Part shown: positions 28,721-38,700 of the stretch, one piece after another
How positions within the stretch are numbered: the stretch's first letter is position 1
Layout: each line of letters begins with the position of its first letter
Assembly (NCBI GenBank): GCA_017454295.1
Contig: JAFTDF010000042.1
Span: 484 to 64,483, forward strand
Direction of reading: 5' to 3'
DNA: 64,000 bases
Source of the DNA: Bacilli bacterium
GTDB taxonomy: Bacteria > Bacillota_I > Bacilli_A > RFN20 > CAG-826
The notes under the pieces: generated by a model
Databases searched by the model: none
What the model saw: only the letters and a program-made list of their open reading frames with translations
Told to the model about the DNA's origin: nothing
Made by a program: the position numbers and the translations under genes

Positions 28721-30103
28721 ATGGGACTCTCTTATAACGTCTCCTACGCTATCGCTTCCTTTGTGATCTGCGCGATCTTGCTTTTGATCGTGTCGTTAAA
28801 CTATTCGTCCACGAACATCGTAAGCCGCCGCTACCGGTTCTTCCTCTACGCGGCGATGGCGATGTTCGCCCTCGACGTCGTCACCGTCGCCACCAACGAC
28901 CACGCCAGTGAGATTCCCCTTTGGGTGAATCAACTCCTTAACGGCTTATACTTCTTCTCCAGTGGCCTCACGGCGATTCTCTTCCTTTATTATTGCCTCT
29001 CCGTGGCCTTGGCCCACCATAGCCTTCGCACACGAAGAATCTTCTACATCATCAACCTCTCCATTTTGGGGATTTATTCCATCACGCTTATCGCCAACGC
29101 CTTCACGGGGTTCTATTTCTATTTCGATCCCGTCAAAGGCTATAGCCATGGCGATGCTTATTTGCTGGTCAACGCCGCCTCATTGTTATTCACCATCGAA
29201 AGCATCGTGGTCTTCGCCGTCGAGCATAAACAGTTCCAAAAGCGGCAACTCGTCTGCACCACTTTGTTCTTTGTTTCCTTCTTTGTCACCTTTGGACTTC
29301 AACTCTTTGTCTTTCCCAAAGTGTTACTCTCCGATTTCGGCACCGCGATCGGGGCCCTCATCACTTTCTTCTCCATCGAGACCCCCGACTATGCCAAACT
29401 CATGTTCACGCTCAACGAATTAAATGAGTTGCGGGCCTCTTTAGAAACCCAGATTGAGCATCGTACCGAAGAACTCGCCCAAGAACGGGAATCCTATGAA
29501 TCCCTGACCGTTGAGACCTTGGCCTCCTTAGCCCGCGTCATCGACGCCAAAGACCATTACACCAACGGCCACTCCTTCCGCGTGGCCGCCTATGCCCGTG
29601 CATTAGCCCAACAGCTTGGCAAAGACAGCCGTTATTGCAAACACATCTATTTGGCAGGCCTCGCCCATGACGTTGGCAAAATCGGGATTTCCGAAGCGAT
29701 TCTTGCCAAGCCCGGAAAATTAACGCCTGAGGAATTTAAAGTCATCCAATCGCATCCCGCTTTGGGTGGGAATATCCTCAAAGGCATCCACCAATTCAAG
29801 ATGTTCGAGGAAGTCGCTCGTCATCACCACGAACGTTATGATGGCCACGGCTATCCCGATAAGCTCGCCGGGGAAGAAATCCCCTATGCCGCGCGCATTG
29901 TGACCATCGCCGATACCTTCGATGCGATGACCAGCAATCGTAGCTACCGCAAAGCCCTCAGCGACGATCAAGCCTTCACGGAACTCGAGCTCCATAGCGA
30001 TAAACAATTCGATGGGAAGATGGTCGATGCCTTCTTCAAGCTCTGCGAACGTTATCCCGATTCCATAAGGAACCACATCGAAGACTTCGAACTTGAAGAC
30101 TAA
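28721..30103 (+). CDS. Membrane-bound HD-GYP domain protein (c-di-GMP phosphodiesterase type)
   Basis: Six to seven N-terminal TM segments, then HSFRVAAYA...LAGLAHDVGKIGI...HHERYDGHGYPDKL...IADTFDAMTSNRSYRKAL. Confidence 0.88.
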   Translation: MGLSYNVSYAIASFVICAILLLIVSLNYSSTNIVSRRYRFFLYAAMAMFALDVVTVATNDHASEIPLWVNQLLNGLYFFSSGLTAILFLYYCLSVALAHHSLRTRRIFYIINLSILGIYSITLIANAFTGFYFYFDPVKGYSHGDAYLLVNAASLLFTIESIVVFAVEHKQFQKRQLVCTTLFFVSFFVTFGLQLFVFPKVLLSDFGTAIGALITFFSIETPDYAKLMFTLNELNELRASLETQIEHRTEELAQERESYESLTVETLASLARVIDAKDHYTNGHSFRVAAYARALAQQLGKDSRYCKHIYLAGLAHDVGKIGISEAILAKPGKLTPEEFKVIQSHPALGGNILKGIHQFKMFEEVARHHHERYDGHGYPDKLAGEEIPYAARIVTIADTFDAMTSNRSYRKALSDDQAFTELELHSDKQFDGKMVDAFFKLCERYPDSIRNHIEDFELED

Positions 30104-30110
30104 TGATTAA

Positions 30111-30138
30111 CGGCCTTCAATCGGAGGCCGTTTTATTT
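30111..30138 (+). terminator. Rho-independent terminator after the HD-GYP gene
   Basis: CGGCCT-TCAATCGG-AGGCCG followed by TTTTATTTG. Confidence 0.7.
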
Positions 30139-30252
30139 GTTTGGATAGGGCGTCGATTGTTTCTCAAAAGGGACCCTTTCGTACGTATAAGAAAATGGAG
30201 GCGTGTTTAAGCACGGTTCTTGCTTTATGAAAGGAGTAATTATATTATAGGT

Positions 30253-30552
30253 ATGAAAGAATTATCTTTCGAATGGGATCCGCGTAAAGCCGATAGCAAT
30301 ATCGTCAAACACGGAATCGGGTTTATGGAAGCCGTAACGGTGTTTCGAGACCCGCTTGCCATCATTATCGCAGACCCCGACTCATCTCCAAACGAAGAAA
30401 GGTTTCTCATCCTCGGGCTAAACAGCGCGGCCAAAATGCTCGTTGTCTGCTATTGCTTAAGAGAAAACGAGACCGTCATTCGGATCATCTCGGCCAGGAA
30501 AGCCACCACCAACGAAGAAAGACACTATTCTAGGAGGAAGAACGCAGCATGA
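30253..30552 (+). CDS. brnT: BrnT-family (DUF497) toxin
   Basis: FEWDPRKADSNIVKHGIGFMEAVTVFRDP...RIISARKAT. It overlaps the antitoxin gene by 4 nt. Confidence 0.8.
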   Translation: MKELSFEWDPRKADSNIVKHGIGFMEAVTVFRDPLAIIIADPDSSPNEERFLILGLNSAAKMLVVCYCLRENETVIRIISARKATTNEERHYSRRKNAA

Positions 30553-30764
30553 GAAAAGAATATGACTTCAGCAATGGCAAGCCCAACCCCTATGCCAGGC
30601 AATTAAAACGGCAAATCACTATCAACCTCTCTGAAGAAGCTTTGAAATATTTCAAAGAGCAAGCGGCTGAGTTAGGAATCCCCTATCAAACGTTAATTAA
30701 CCTCTATCTCACCGACTGCGCCCGTACCAAACGAAAATTAAAGCTTACGTGGGAAGAAAAATAG
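30549..30764 (+). CDS. brnA: BrnA-family antitoxin
   Basis: 71 aa. The sequence INLSEEALKYFKEQAAELGIPYQTLINLYLTDCA is a typical BrnA/RHH-like C-terminus. Confidence 0.8.
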   Translation: MRKEYDFSNGKPNPYARQLKRQITINLSEEALKYFKEQAAELGIPYQTLINLYLTDCARTKRKLKLTWEEK

Positions 30765-30778
30765 CCCCTAAGCAAAAA

Positions 30779-30799
30779 CCTCCGATTTTGTTTCGGAGG
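30779..30799. terminator. Bidirectional terminator between brnA and the fibre/adhesin supercluster
   Basis: CCTCCGA-TTTTGTT-TCGGAGG, flanked by an A-run on the left and a T-run on the right. Confidence 0.75.
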
Positions 30800-30801
30800 T
30801 T

Positions 30802-33800
30802 TTAGGAATTCGGAGTCGTCACATTGATGGTGACCGTTGATCCAGTGGTCACCTCGCCATCGTTGATGTAATACTTGAACGACGTGTAGGTCTTAGGATT
30901 CCCACCAATGGTGACTGAGATCGTCGAATTGGCTTTATCGACAGTAACCACATAATTCTCACCCGTCCTGGTCATCTTAAATCTATAGGAAGTGAGATTT
31001 TGGTAATTGGCTTCGTCGCCGCTAGTAATGATCTCTCCAATCAATTCCCAGTCCAAATTGGCGATAACCGTATCTTGCGATGCGGTGTAGCTGTATTCGA
31101 AGCACGTGGTGTTTTGAGTGCCAACGGTGTTAAGAGTCTGTAATTCAGTATCCGTAAAGAGGCGGCCTTTGTTTTCGCCATAGCTCGTGCCTTTATAAAC
31201 GTTGATATATTCTGGGGTCTCCCCATCTTTGGTTTGGACCCAAGTGTTATTGGCTGCGTTATTGACGTTGGAAATCACCGTTTTCGTCACCGATCCGGTA
31301 GAACTGTTCGTGTCGAAATAAGTAACCCGGGTTTCGGTGTAATTTGTCGTGCTGTCAGGTGTCAAAGTGACAGGATTATTGTTTTCCTGGGTGGTGATAT
31401 CTTCCCCTTGGTAGCGCAACGTGACGCTCGGAGGGCCGGAGCGCGATAGCGTAACGATATTGGAGTTACGAATCAATTGAATGGAAGCGGCTGTTTCCGC
31501 GGAGGTGGAGATGGAAATAGCAATGGTATCAGCGTTGTCTAGGTCGGTCTTGGCGACGCGTTTTCCGTCGACCGTCTTTATAATCGCGGAGATCGCCGTG
31601 GCGGCATCCGCTACGAGAACCACGCCCTTTGGATACTTCATCATTTGGGTCACGAGTGCGAATTTCTCATAGACCTCGGTGCGGTTGTCTTTCATGGCGT
31701 TGGCTCCGATATCGAGGTAAATCAAATATGCACCGACTTCCCCATTGTCTACGGATCCTAAGCAATATTCACCATCGTTGATTGGGATTTCGAAATAATA
31801 CGCTTTGTTTTGGTTGTTCGTAAGCGTGCCAGGGGTCTTGATTCTGCCCATATCAAACTTCAGTTCGTATCTTGTTTTGAAATCGTTGTAGTAAGCCGTC
31901 GCGTTCGACCCGTATTGATTATTGAATTCGGTTTCGGTCAATGGGCTTTCCGAGTACGGAACGTCGGCTCCCGCAACCTGGTAAATCTCATATTTATTTT
32001 GCGTCGCATCGAGTCGGAATGGACTGGTAAAGCGAATTCCGTTTGCCGTTTGGAGTTTATAGATATAAGAATGATTCTCAATTCCGTCTCCATAGACGCC
32101 CAGGATTTCTTCGATGGAAGTGATATTGAGCTTATTTGCAGTTCGATTAACGCGATGCAAGGAGAAGAACGAATCGACGGTACCACCACCCATATAAGCA
32201 CCGGCGAAAAAGTTCACATAACCCCGTTCTTTCAAGTTGAAGTCAATTGAATTGGCCGGCAATTCGTAATTCTGGTTGTCGTAAGTATGTTCTAGCACCC
32301 GAACAAACTCGGCTTGAACTTTATTCTTGGCGTCAATTGATGCCTGCATGAAATGAAGTCCATAGACATTGGTTCCGTCATCGCTAAGGGTTTTCTCGAT
32401 TTCCCCTTTAGATTTTAGGTATTTGTTACTAAAGCCCGCGAGATCCGAAGCACCAATCGTATGATCGGAGAAAGAGCTCCCGGATCCGGTGATTGTTCGG
32501 ACGTCTGAAAACTCTCCGGAGGATTGATCGAAATTGGTTAAATTTCCGCTAATGGGATATTCGGAGACGCGGATGGTTGAATCTCTACCGGCGCGTCCGC
32601 CGCCCCAGTCATAATAATAATAGGTTGTCCAACCATCACTATAGGAACCGTTGGAGTAATTTGACCCGCCAACGACATAACCGGTGTTATTCAAAATAGG
32701 TTCGTATTTGTTAACAACGGTCGTCTTGTCACTATCAATAAATCCATCTTTACTCGATACGGAAAGAGGGAAATAGGAAACGTCCTTTCCATGATAGCAG
32801 GATTCATAGGTTTGAATCGTGTCCGTCCCTGTCCTGTCAGTCACTTCTTGGGTTTTGTCTAAGGGGCTATCATAAAGCCAATATTCTATGGTCGGAACGA
32901 TGGCGCCACTGGTGCCATACGAAAAAGCTCCGTTGGAAAAAGTCAAATAATCTGTTTCGCCGGTGACGGCTGCGCTGATTGTGCCGTTGTTGTTGTTAAG
33001 CTCATATTTGGCATATCCCGTTGAGGTGCCGCTGGTGACGCCGGCAACGAAGGTGGTGGGCGTTAAATAATAGCGCTTGTTATTGAATTGGGTATAGATG
33101 TTGGTTCCATCCATCTGCCATTCCGTAGCTTCATCCGGATCCGTTGTGGTAACCCAAGGATACGCGTCAGCACTAGCGTGTTTTTGATCGCTTACGCCCA
33201 AATAATAGGTCTGGTTGCCAGAAGTATAGGAAATATAGAAAGTCTGAGCAGCCAAAGCCCACCCAGAGTTGTAATAGAGTTGATAATTCCCCGATGTGTA
33301 ATAGCGTCCGTCTTCGTCTTCGTAACAAGTCCAGGAACCTTGTGTGTTTCCAACTCTAAGAGTGCCGTTGTTGTTATACAAATAATAAGTGGTACCGTTG
33401 TAAATTGTAGAAATCGTACCTGACTGGCCAGCCTCCGGAACCGTCCATAAAGAAGCGGCAGACGATCCCGAAGTTTTATCGCTCCATTTATTGGTGGTGC
33501 TTGGATCATACGATAAAGCGTGGGTCCCCGATTTAATTTCATATCCGTCGTGGCGACGGTATTTGGTCTTTCTCGCTAAATGCCCGCCAGACACATATAT
33601 ATACGCACTGCTCTCAGAGCCGTTTTGTTTAAATAGGCGGAAGGCACCGATTTTTCTGTTATACGAATTGCCTGATCTGGCCGAATTGTAAGTTTTTAAA
33701 TATGAACCATTGTTGCTAGTGGTTATGGTGGATTGGTTGGTTGAACTCGAAAGTTCGTCATTCGCATCATATGTTTCATAAATGTAGGTCGGAACGCCAT

Positions 33801-34680
33801 TGACGTGAGTGGCATAACTTCCGCTTGAATAAATATCGTTCAAACGAGTGTACATGGACTTCATTTCAACAGAACCGCCCCACTGCGGTTCGCCAATGCC
33901 TTGTTCTTGGACGACAAAAGTTTCGTGATTTACATTGAAATTATAGACAGACCCTTTAGCTCTTTGGATGCTCTCTTCGTAATTCGATGCGGCCTGACCG
34001 ACCAGACCATAATCAGAAGAAGCCCCGCTTCCGGCGATTTGGATTTTCGGGGAGTCAACGGCGATGTTTTGGACTTCGGCGTTTGCTTTTGCTACTGCGG
34101 CGCCAACAACGGAATTGTTTTGAGCTGTGTCGACCGTATTTCCTGATAAACCGATGTTTTTAATCACCGTATTCGCCCCACTGATAACGCCAAAAACACC
34201 AACGTCTGTCATCGGAGTATAAGAAGTGACGCGCTTCGGATAGTAGCCAAATTTGGATTGATCGTTGGTAAATGTATAACCAGAAATGGTGTAACCCTGG
34301 CCATCAAAAACACCTTGGAACGGATGGGCTGCAGTGCCAATAGGAGGAATGGCTTTGATCGCGGAAGAGCTGTTATAGGTGAGATTCCCCGCCAATTCAA
34401 AATGCGGCGGGTTTTCTGGCGTAAACCCAGCCCGTTCATAGAAATAGTTCATGTATTGGAGCCAGGCGAGGTTATATAAGTGACGGGTTTCACGGATGCC
34501 ATAGGGATGCTCCAGGCTTCCATCGCCATAGGCAAAATAAGCACCGACGGCGCTGCCGGCGACATCGGGGTCGCCGATCGTGACGGCATTGGTAAACCAC
34601 GCCACGGAGCCGGCAAAGGCACCGAAGCTGGTGGTAGCCATTAAGGCGATGATGGATCCGATCTTTACTGCCTTCTTCAT
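30802..34680 (-). CDS. Giant secreted adhesin-like protein (1292 aa) with a SipW/TasA-type signal motif
   Basis: The N-terminus MKKAVKIGSIIALMATTSFGAFAGSVAWFTN carries the motif. It is followed by EHPYGIRETRHLYNLAWLQ and PFQGVFDGQGYTISGYTF...VGVFGVISGANTVIKNIGLSGNTV. These are signatures of beta-helix-type Firmicute surface proteins. Paralogue of 55659-58733. Confidence 0.7.
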   Translation of the reverse strand: MKKAVKIGSIIALMATTSFGAFAGSVAWFTNAVTIGDPDVAGSAVGAYFAYGDGSLEHPYGIRETRHLYNLAWLQYMNYFYERAGFTPENPPHFELAGNLTYNSSSAIKAIPPIGTAAHPFQGVFDGQGYTISGYTFTNDQSKFGYYPKRVTSYTPMTDVGVFGVISGANTVIKNIGLSGNTVDTAQNNSVVGAAVAKANAEVQNIAVDSPKIQIAGSGASSDYGLVGQAASNYEESIQRAKGSVYNFNVNHETFVVQEQGIGEPQWGGSVEMKSMYTRLNDIYSSGSYATHVNGVPTYIYETYDANDELSSSTNQSTITTSNNGSYLKTYNSARSGNSYNRKIGAFRLFKQNGSESSAYIYVSGGHLARKTKYRRHDGYEIKSGTHALSYDPSTTNKWSDKTSGSSAASLWTVPEAGQSGTISTIYNGTTYYLYNNNGTLRVGNTQGSWTCYEDEDGRYYTSGNYQLYYNSGWALAAQTFYISYTSGNQTYYLGVSDQKHASADAYPWVTTTDPDEATEWQMDGTNIYTQFNNKRYYLTPTTFVAGVTSGTSTGYAKYELNNNNGTISAAVTGETDYLTFSNGAFSYGTSGAIVPTIEYWLYDSPLDKTQEVTDRTGTDTIQTYESCYHGKDVSYFPLSVSSKDGFIDSDKTTVVNKYEPILNNTGYVVGGSNYSNGSYSDGWTTYYYYDWGGGRAGRDSTIRVSEYPISGNLTNFDQSSGEFSDVRTITGSGSSFSDHTIGASDLAGFSNKYLKSKGEIEKTLSDDGTNVYGLHFMQASIDAKNKVQAEFVRVLEHTYDNQNYELPANSIDFNLKERGYVNFFAGAYMGGGTVDSFFSLHRVNRTANKLNITSIEEILGVYGDGIENHSYIYKLQTANGIRFTSPFRLDATQNKYEIYQVAGADVPYSESPLTETEFNNQYGSNATAYYNDFKTRYELKFDMGRIKTPGTLTNNQNKAYYFEIPINDGEYCLGSVDNGEVGAYLIYLDIGANAMKDNRTEVYEKFALVTQMMKYPKGVVLVADAATAISAIIKTVDGKRVAKTDLDNADTIAISISTSAETAASIQLIRNSNIVTLSRSGPPSVTLRYQGEDITTQENNNPVTLTPDSTTNYTETRVTYFDTNSSTGSVTKTVISNVNNAANNTWVQTKDGETPEYINVYKGTSYGENKGRLFTDTELQTLNTVGTQNTTCFEYSYTASQDTVIANLDWELIGEIITSGDEANYQNLTSYRFKMTRTGENYVVTVDKANSTISVTIGGNPKTYTSFKYYINDGEVTTGSTVTINVTTPNS

Positions 34681-34681
34681 C

Positions 34682-35539
34682 TTACACCACCGTCACCCAA
34701 TCACAGGCAAAGTGCATTTCCTCTAAGCCGAGGAAGTTATTAAAAACGTAATCGATCGCATTGGCGTAGTAGTCGAGGACGACGGCAATCGAACGCACCG
34801 TTCCCGAAGTCGCTTTGAAAACAGAGATGCTTGAATTGAAATGAGGTCCCTCAACCTTCCCTGCCGACTCTGTATCGAAATAGACAAAGCTGGTCTTTGT
34901 GTAATCCGCATCGCGGTCCTCATACGTCAGCGTCCAGGTATGATCGTAGTCCGTGGTGACCCCCTCAATGGTCACGCTATAGGTGGCGGTAGGAAGCGAC
35001 GAACTTGGGGTGGTAAAGGATTTGGCATAGCAAGCCACGACCGAACTCATCGGGTATTTGCCCTTCACGTCGTCTTTGCCTTCGATGGAATCTACCGACC
35101 CCAAATAATAGTCCTTCGAAGAATTGGCTTTGATGTGAATCGGCTCCGCAGCGGTTGGGGATACGTCTTTGTCGAAATCAAAAACTAGCAGCAACGGCTG
35201 TGAGGGTTCGAGCAAATCGTATTCACCCATCGTGATCGTGGGAGGGGTGAGTGGATTGGAAGTCACGGTAATCGGATTCCAATTGGTCACTGTCAAGGTT
35301 TGCAAAGGGTTGCCCAAATCAAAATGCATCTCGGTGCGGGAGGTATCGATGCTGGGGTAAATCGTCAAGGATTTGAAATCTCCGCTGATGGGAGAAACAG
35401 GGAAAGAATTGGCGTTTTCTTTCACCATGGAAACGGAATCAAACCAGGCATAGGCCCCAGAGAAGGCGGCGGCAAGGGAAAAGATCACCATTGAGGTGGC
35501 GGCGATGATCTTGAGCTTTGGATTCCCGCTACGTTTCAT
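34682..35539 (-). CDS. Secreted protein (285 aa) with a SipW/TasA-type signal motif; partner of the giant adhesin
   Basis: N-terminus ...IFSLAAAFSGAYAWFDS. First gene after a c-di-GMP-I-like riboswitch. Same position and size as 58764-59705. Confidence 0.65.
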   Translation of the reverse strand: MKRSGNPKLKIIAATSMVIFSLAAAFSGAYAWFDSVSMVKENANSFPVSPISGDFKSLTIYPSIDTSRTEMHFDLGNPLQTLTVTNWNPITVTSNPLTPPTITMGEYDLLEPSQPLLLVFDFDKDVSPTAAEPIHIKANSSKDYYLGSVDSIEGKDDVKGKYPMSSVVACYAKSFTTPSSSLPTATYSVTIEGVTTDYDHTWTLTYEDRDADYTKTSFVYFDTESAGKVEGPHFNSSISVFKATSGTVRSIAVVLDYYANAIDYVFNNFLGLEEMHFACDWVTVV

Positions 35540-35542
35540 AAA

Positions 35543-35637
35543 AAGCCAGTTGCCTCATTTCCGGCAGCTGGCTGTCTAGAATCGTAGACCCTTTAGCTTT
35601 GCGTCGCCAGATCACTCTGGTTTTGCTTTTGTCGGCT
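35543..35637 (-). promoter_or_regulatory. c-di-GMP-I (GEMM-I)-like riboswitch, copy 2
   Basis: The minus strand reads GACAAAAGCAAAACC-AGA-GTGA-TCT-GGCGACGCAAAGC-TAAAGGGTCTA-CGATTC-TAGACAGCCAGCTGCC. A hairpin follows (CCAGCTGCC/GGCAACTGG) with CTTTTT directly before the ATG at 35539. Confidence 0.8.
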
Positions 35638-35732
35638 CTATTATATAGAGGCCGTTTCAAAAGGGAAACCTTTTTTCTCTCTTCCGTTTCGAAAAGGAAG
35701 CGTTCATCGAAAAAAACCATTGCTTTTTTGAA

Positions 35733-35763
35733 AGCAAAACCGCCCGTATGTGAAGGGCGGTTT
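35733..35763 (-). terminator. Rho-independent terminator ending the 14 kb fibre operon
   Basis: The minus strand reads AAACCGCCCTTCACATACGGGCGGTTTTGCT, immediately after the stop at 35767. Confidence 0.8.
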
Positions 35764-35766
35764 GAT

Positions 35767-38700
35767 TTATTTCCCGACGTTATTGTTGCTGCGGATCGCC
35801 TCGATGAGGGCGGGGCGTTCTAACGGCATGTAGAAGTAGTAACCTTGGAGTTCCAAATTGGGATTAATCTTGTAGAGAAGGTCGCTTTGGTCGCGGTTTT
35901 CAACACCGACGACGGCGATGTCGATATTCTTCTCCTTGGCCTCAGTTAGCAAGGACGTGATGGCTTTTAGACGGCTTTGGTCAGTATCGATATTGTGGAC
36001 GACATTACGGCCTACCTTGATCTTTTCGAAGCCCAGTTTTGCCACGTCATCGAGGGAAATGAAGCGGCCCGAATATTGATCGATAACCATGTGGACCTTG
36101 TGCTTCTTTAGCATCGGCGCGGCTGCTTCAAAGGCTTCCAAATGTTTGGAGACGTCGCCTTCTGCGATTTCGAAAGCAAGGAAGCCTTCGGGCAGTTTGC
36201 TCTTCTTGAGGAATTCGTCGAAGTCGGCGTCGAAGGATTGGTCGGCAAACAAAGAGACATCGGTATTCAAAGCCAGCTGCTTGAAGCCAAACATCTTTAA
36301 GGTCGCCGGACCAACGGCCTGGTAGAAGGAATCAACGTAACGGAGCAAAGCACGGGTAATGAGCGGGATCTTGCCGTTTTCCTCAGCCACGCGGATGAGT
36401 TCTTCCGGGTTGAAGACGATATGACGATATTCGTCTTGGATACGGAGCAAGATTTCGGCGCCGAAGATGCGATGCTCGCGACCTTGCACCATCGGTTGAA
36501 GCGAGACGCGGAAGGTCTCTTTCCCGAACTGCTCCTCGATGACTTGGAGGATGAATTCGCGACGGGATGCCGGACGGACGTAGTCGGTATCGTCGAAATA
36601 GATGTAGTCGCTGCCTTTATCGCGTTTACGGGTATTCAAATCGCGGGCCACGTGACGGAAGAAATCGTTGGCCCCGGCATAACCCTGCGGATAGTTCATC
36701 GGCATGTAGGAGATGTTCAAATCGTAGGTATCTCCGCCTTCATAGGTAAGGCCCTTGGTGAAACGGAAAATCTCTTCGCACCGGTTGATCAAATCGACTT
36801 GGCCAACCGCGGGGAACAAGATCCCGAGGGTCTTCTCGTCATAACGGAAGAAGCCATCGTATTGGGGACCGAGCTTCTTCAAGGCATCGATGAAGGCTCG
36901 CTGAATCAATAGGAACCCTTCCGAGCCGAAGCGGCGGATGAGCTGGTCGTGATTGTCTAAGCGCAGCATCAAGACATAGCCGTTATCGCCCACGAGGTAA
37001 TGGTTGCTGACTTCTTCGAATAAGGTTGGGAAGGAGGCAATGAGCAATTCGGGATCGTAACGGTTGGCGTAATCCTCTTCGGTACGGACGCGGCGTAAGA
37101 GCATCGTCTGACGCTGACCGCGTTGGACGTCGATCGTTAAAGAAGTCACGAATTGATGCTTCCCCACCTGCGAGGGTTTCTTGTTGCCCGTTTTTAACGG
37201 ACAATCGGCGCAGGGGCTGTTTAAACCATAAAGGCATTGGTAACAGGCCTTGCCTTCCTCCAAACCACGGAAGATGCGCTTCATACCCTTGGAGTAGGAA
37301 AGGATACGATACGTGCCTTTTTCGATTTGGTAGGACACCGAATCGGTCGCGGCGAGCAAGGCATCGTAACGGCGATGGGCTTCAAGCATATCCTCGATGA
37401 GCACGCCTTGGACGTAAGAGGAGGAAATGTGATAGCAAGCCGCGGACAGCGATTCTTGGAGATAACTGTCCAAGGAAGCGTTCTTGAAACGGTTGATGAA
37501 ATAGACGGCCCCATAGGTCTTGCCATCTTTCTTTAATGCGTAGAAGAAGCCGGATTGGATGTTTAATTTATCCAAGACCTTCCCCAGTTGCGGCCCCACA
37601 TGGTTCCGCGAGGAGAAATAGAAGGAATGATCGGGGTCATGGGAAGCGTCAAGCGCGGGGATGAAATCGGGGTCGACCAATTGGCCTACTTGGATCGTTT
37701 CCTCAGGACCCACATGGTCTTTGAAGATATAACCGCCGCGTTCTTGGTCATAGGCGATGATGCCCGCCATTTCGAAATTGAGCTCGCTGCAAAGGGCTTG
37801 TAACACGCGGGCCATGCCGGCACGGACATCTTGTTTGTTATCGTTGGTGGACTCAATCGAAGAGAGGTTGAACAGAATCTTCGACATTTGATTCAGGTGC
37901 ATCGCGTTTTTGCCGATATTGGCATCGCCGAGGTTATGGAGGCGGTTAGGCAAATACATCTGGGCGATCTTGCCTTGGCGGCGCGCATAACGAAGGTCGG
38001 GGAACATCTCGTGGACGGCGGAGAAGGGATAGGCGACGATGGCGTAATGGGGCACCAGTGGCACATAGCCTTCCACGTTGTGTTTGGAGATGGCCATCTT
38101 GCTGAGCAGACCATCGAAGCAATGCCGTAAGGCGGCGAAGGAATCGACGCGAGGCAAATAGATGTAGAACGAATTCCCGTCCTCCGGCAACAAGACGAGG
38201 AAATTCTCATAATGACGGAATTGCTCCACGATCATTTGGTGGATGGCGTGACGTTCGGCATCGCTTAGGCCATTGTTGCCCAAATCGTAATAGATATTGG
38301 CCAAAGCATTCCGGAAGTTCATCGAGGAGGCGATGATGTTGCTTAATTGCTTCTCAAAGCTCTCCAACGTCGCGACATGGTCAAAGCCTTCCACCCATTC
38401 GAGGAAGAAGGAATCGTAATTCAAATCGCCGAAAACCAAGGTGGCGTTATTCAAAGAGGATTTCACGGCATGGACGGCATCGTTTAACCGGGCGAATTCC
38501 ACCACTTTGTCGCCGCCGGGATAATCTTCGAGCCCGGCTTCGCCCGCGTTGATATGGGCGAGGTTGCGCTCCGTGACGCCAAACAAGGAATCGATATAAC
38601 GCTTCCGCAAGCCGCGGACGCTTAAAACCCCGATGATGAAGAAAGCGGCGATAAAGACGATGACGAAGATGATCATGGAAATCAAAACCGCCAAGTTCTG

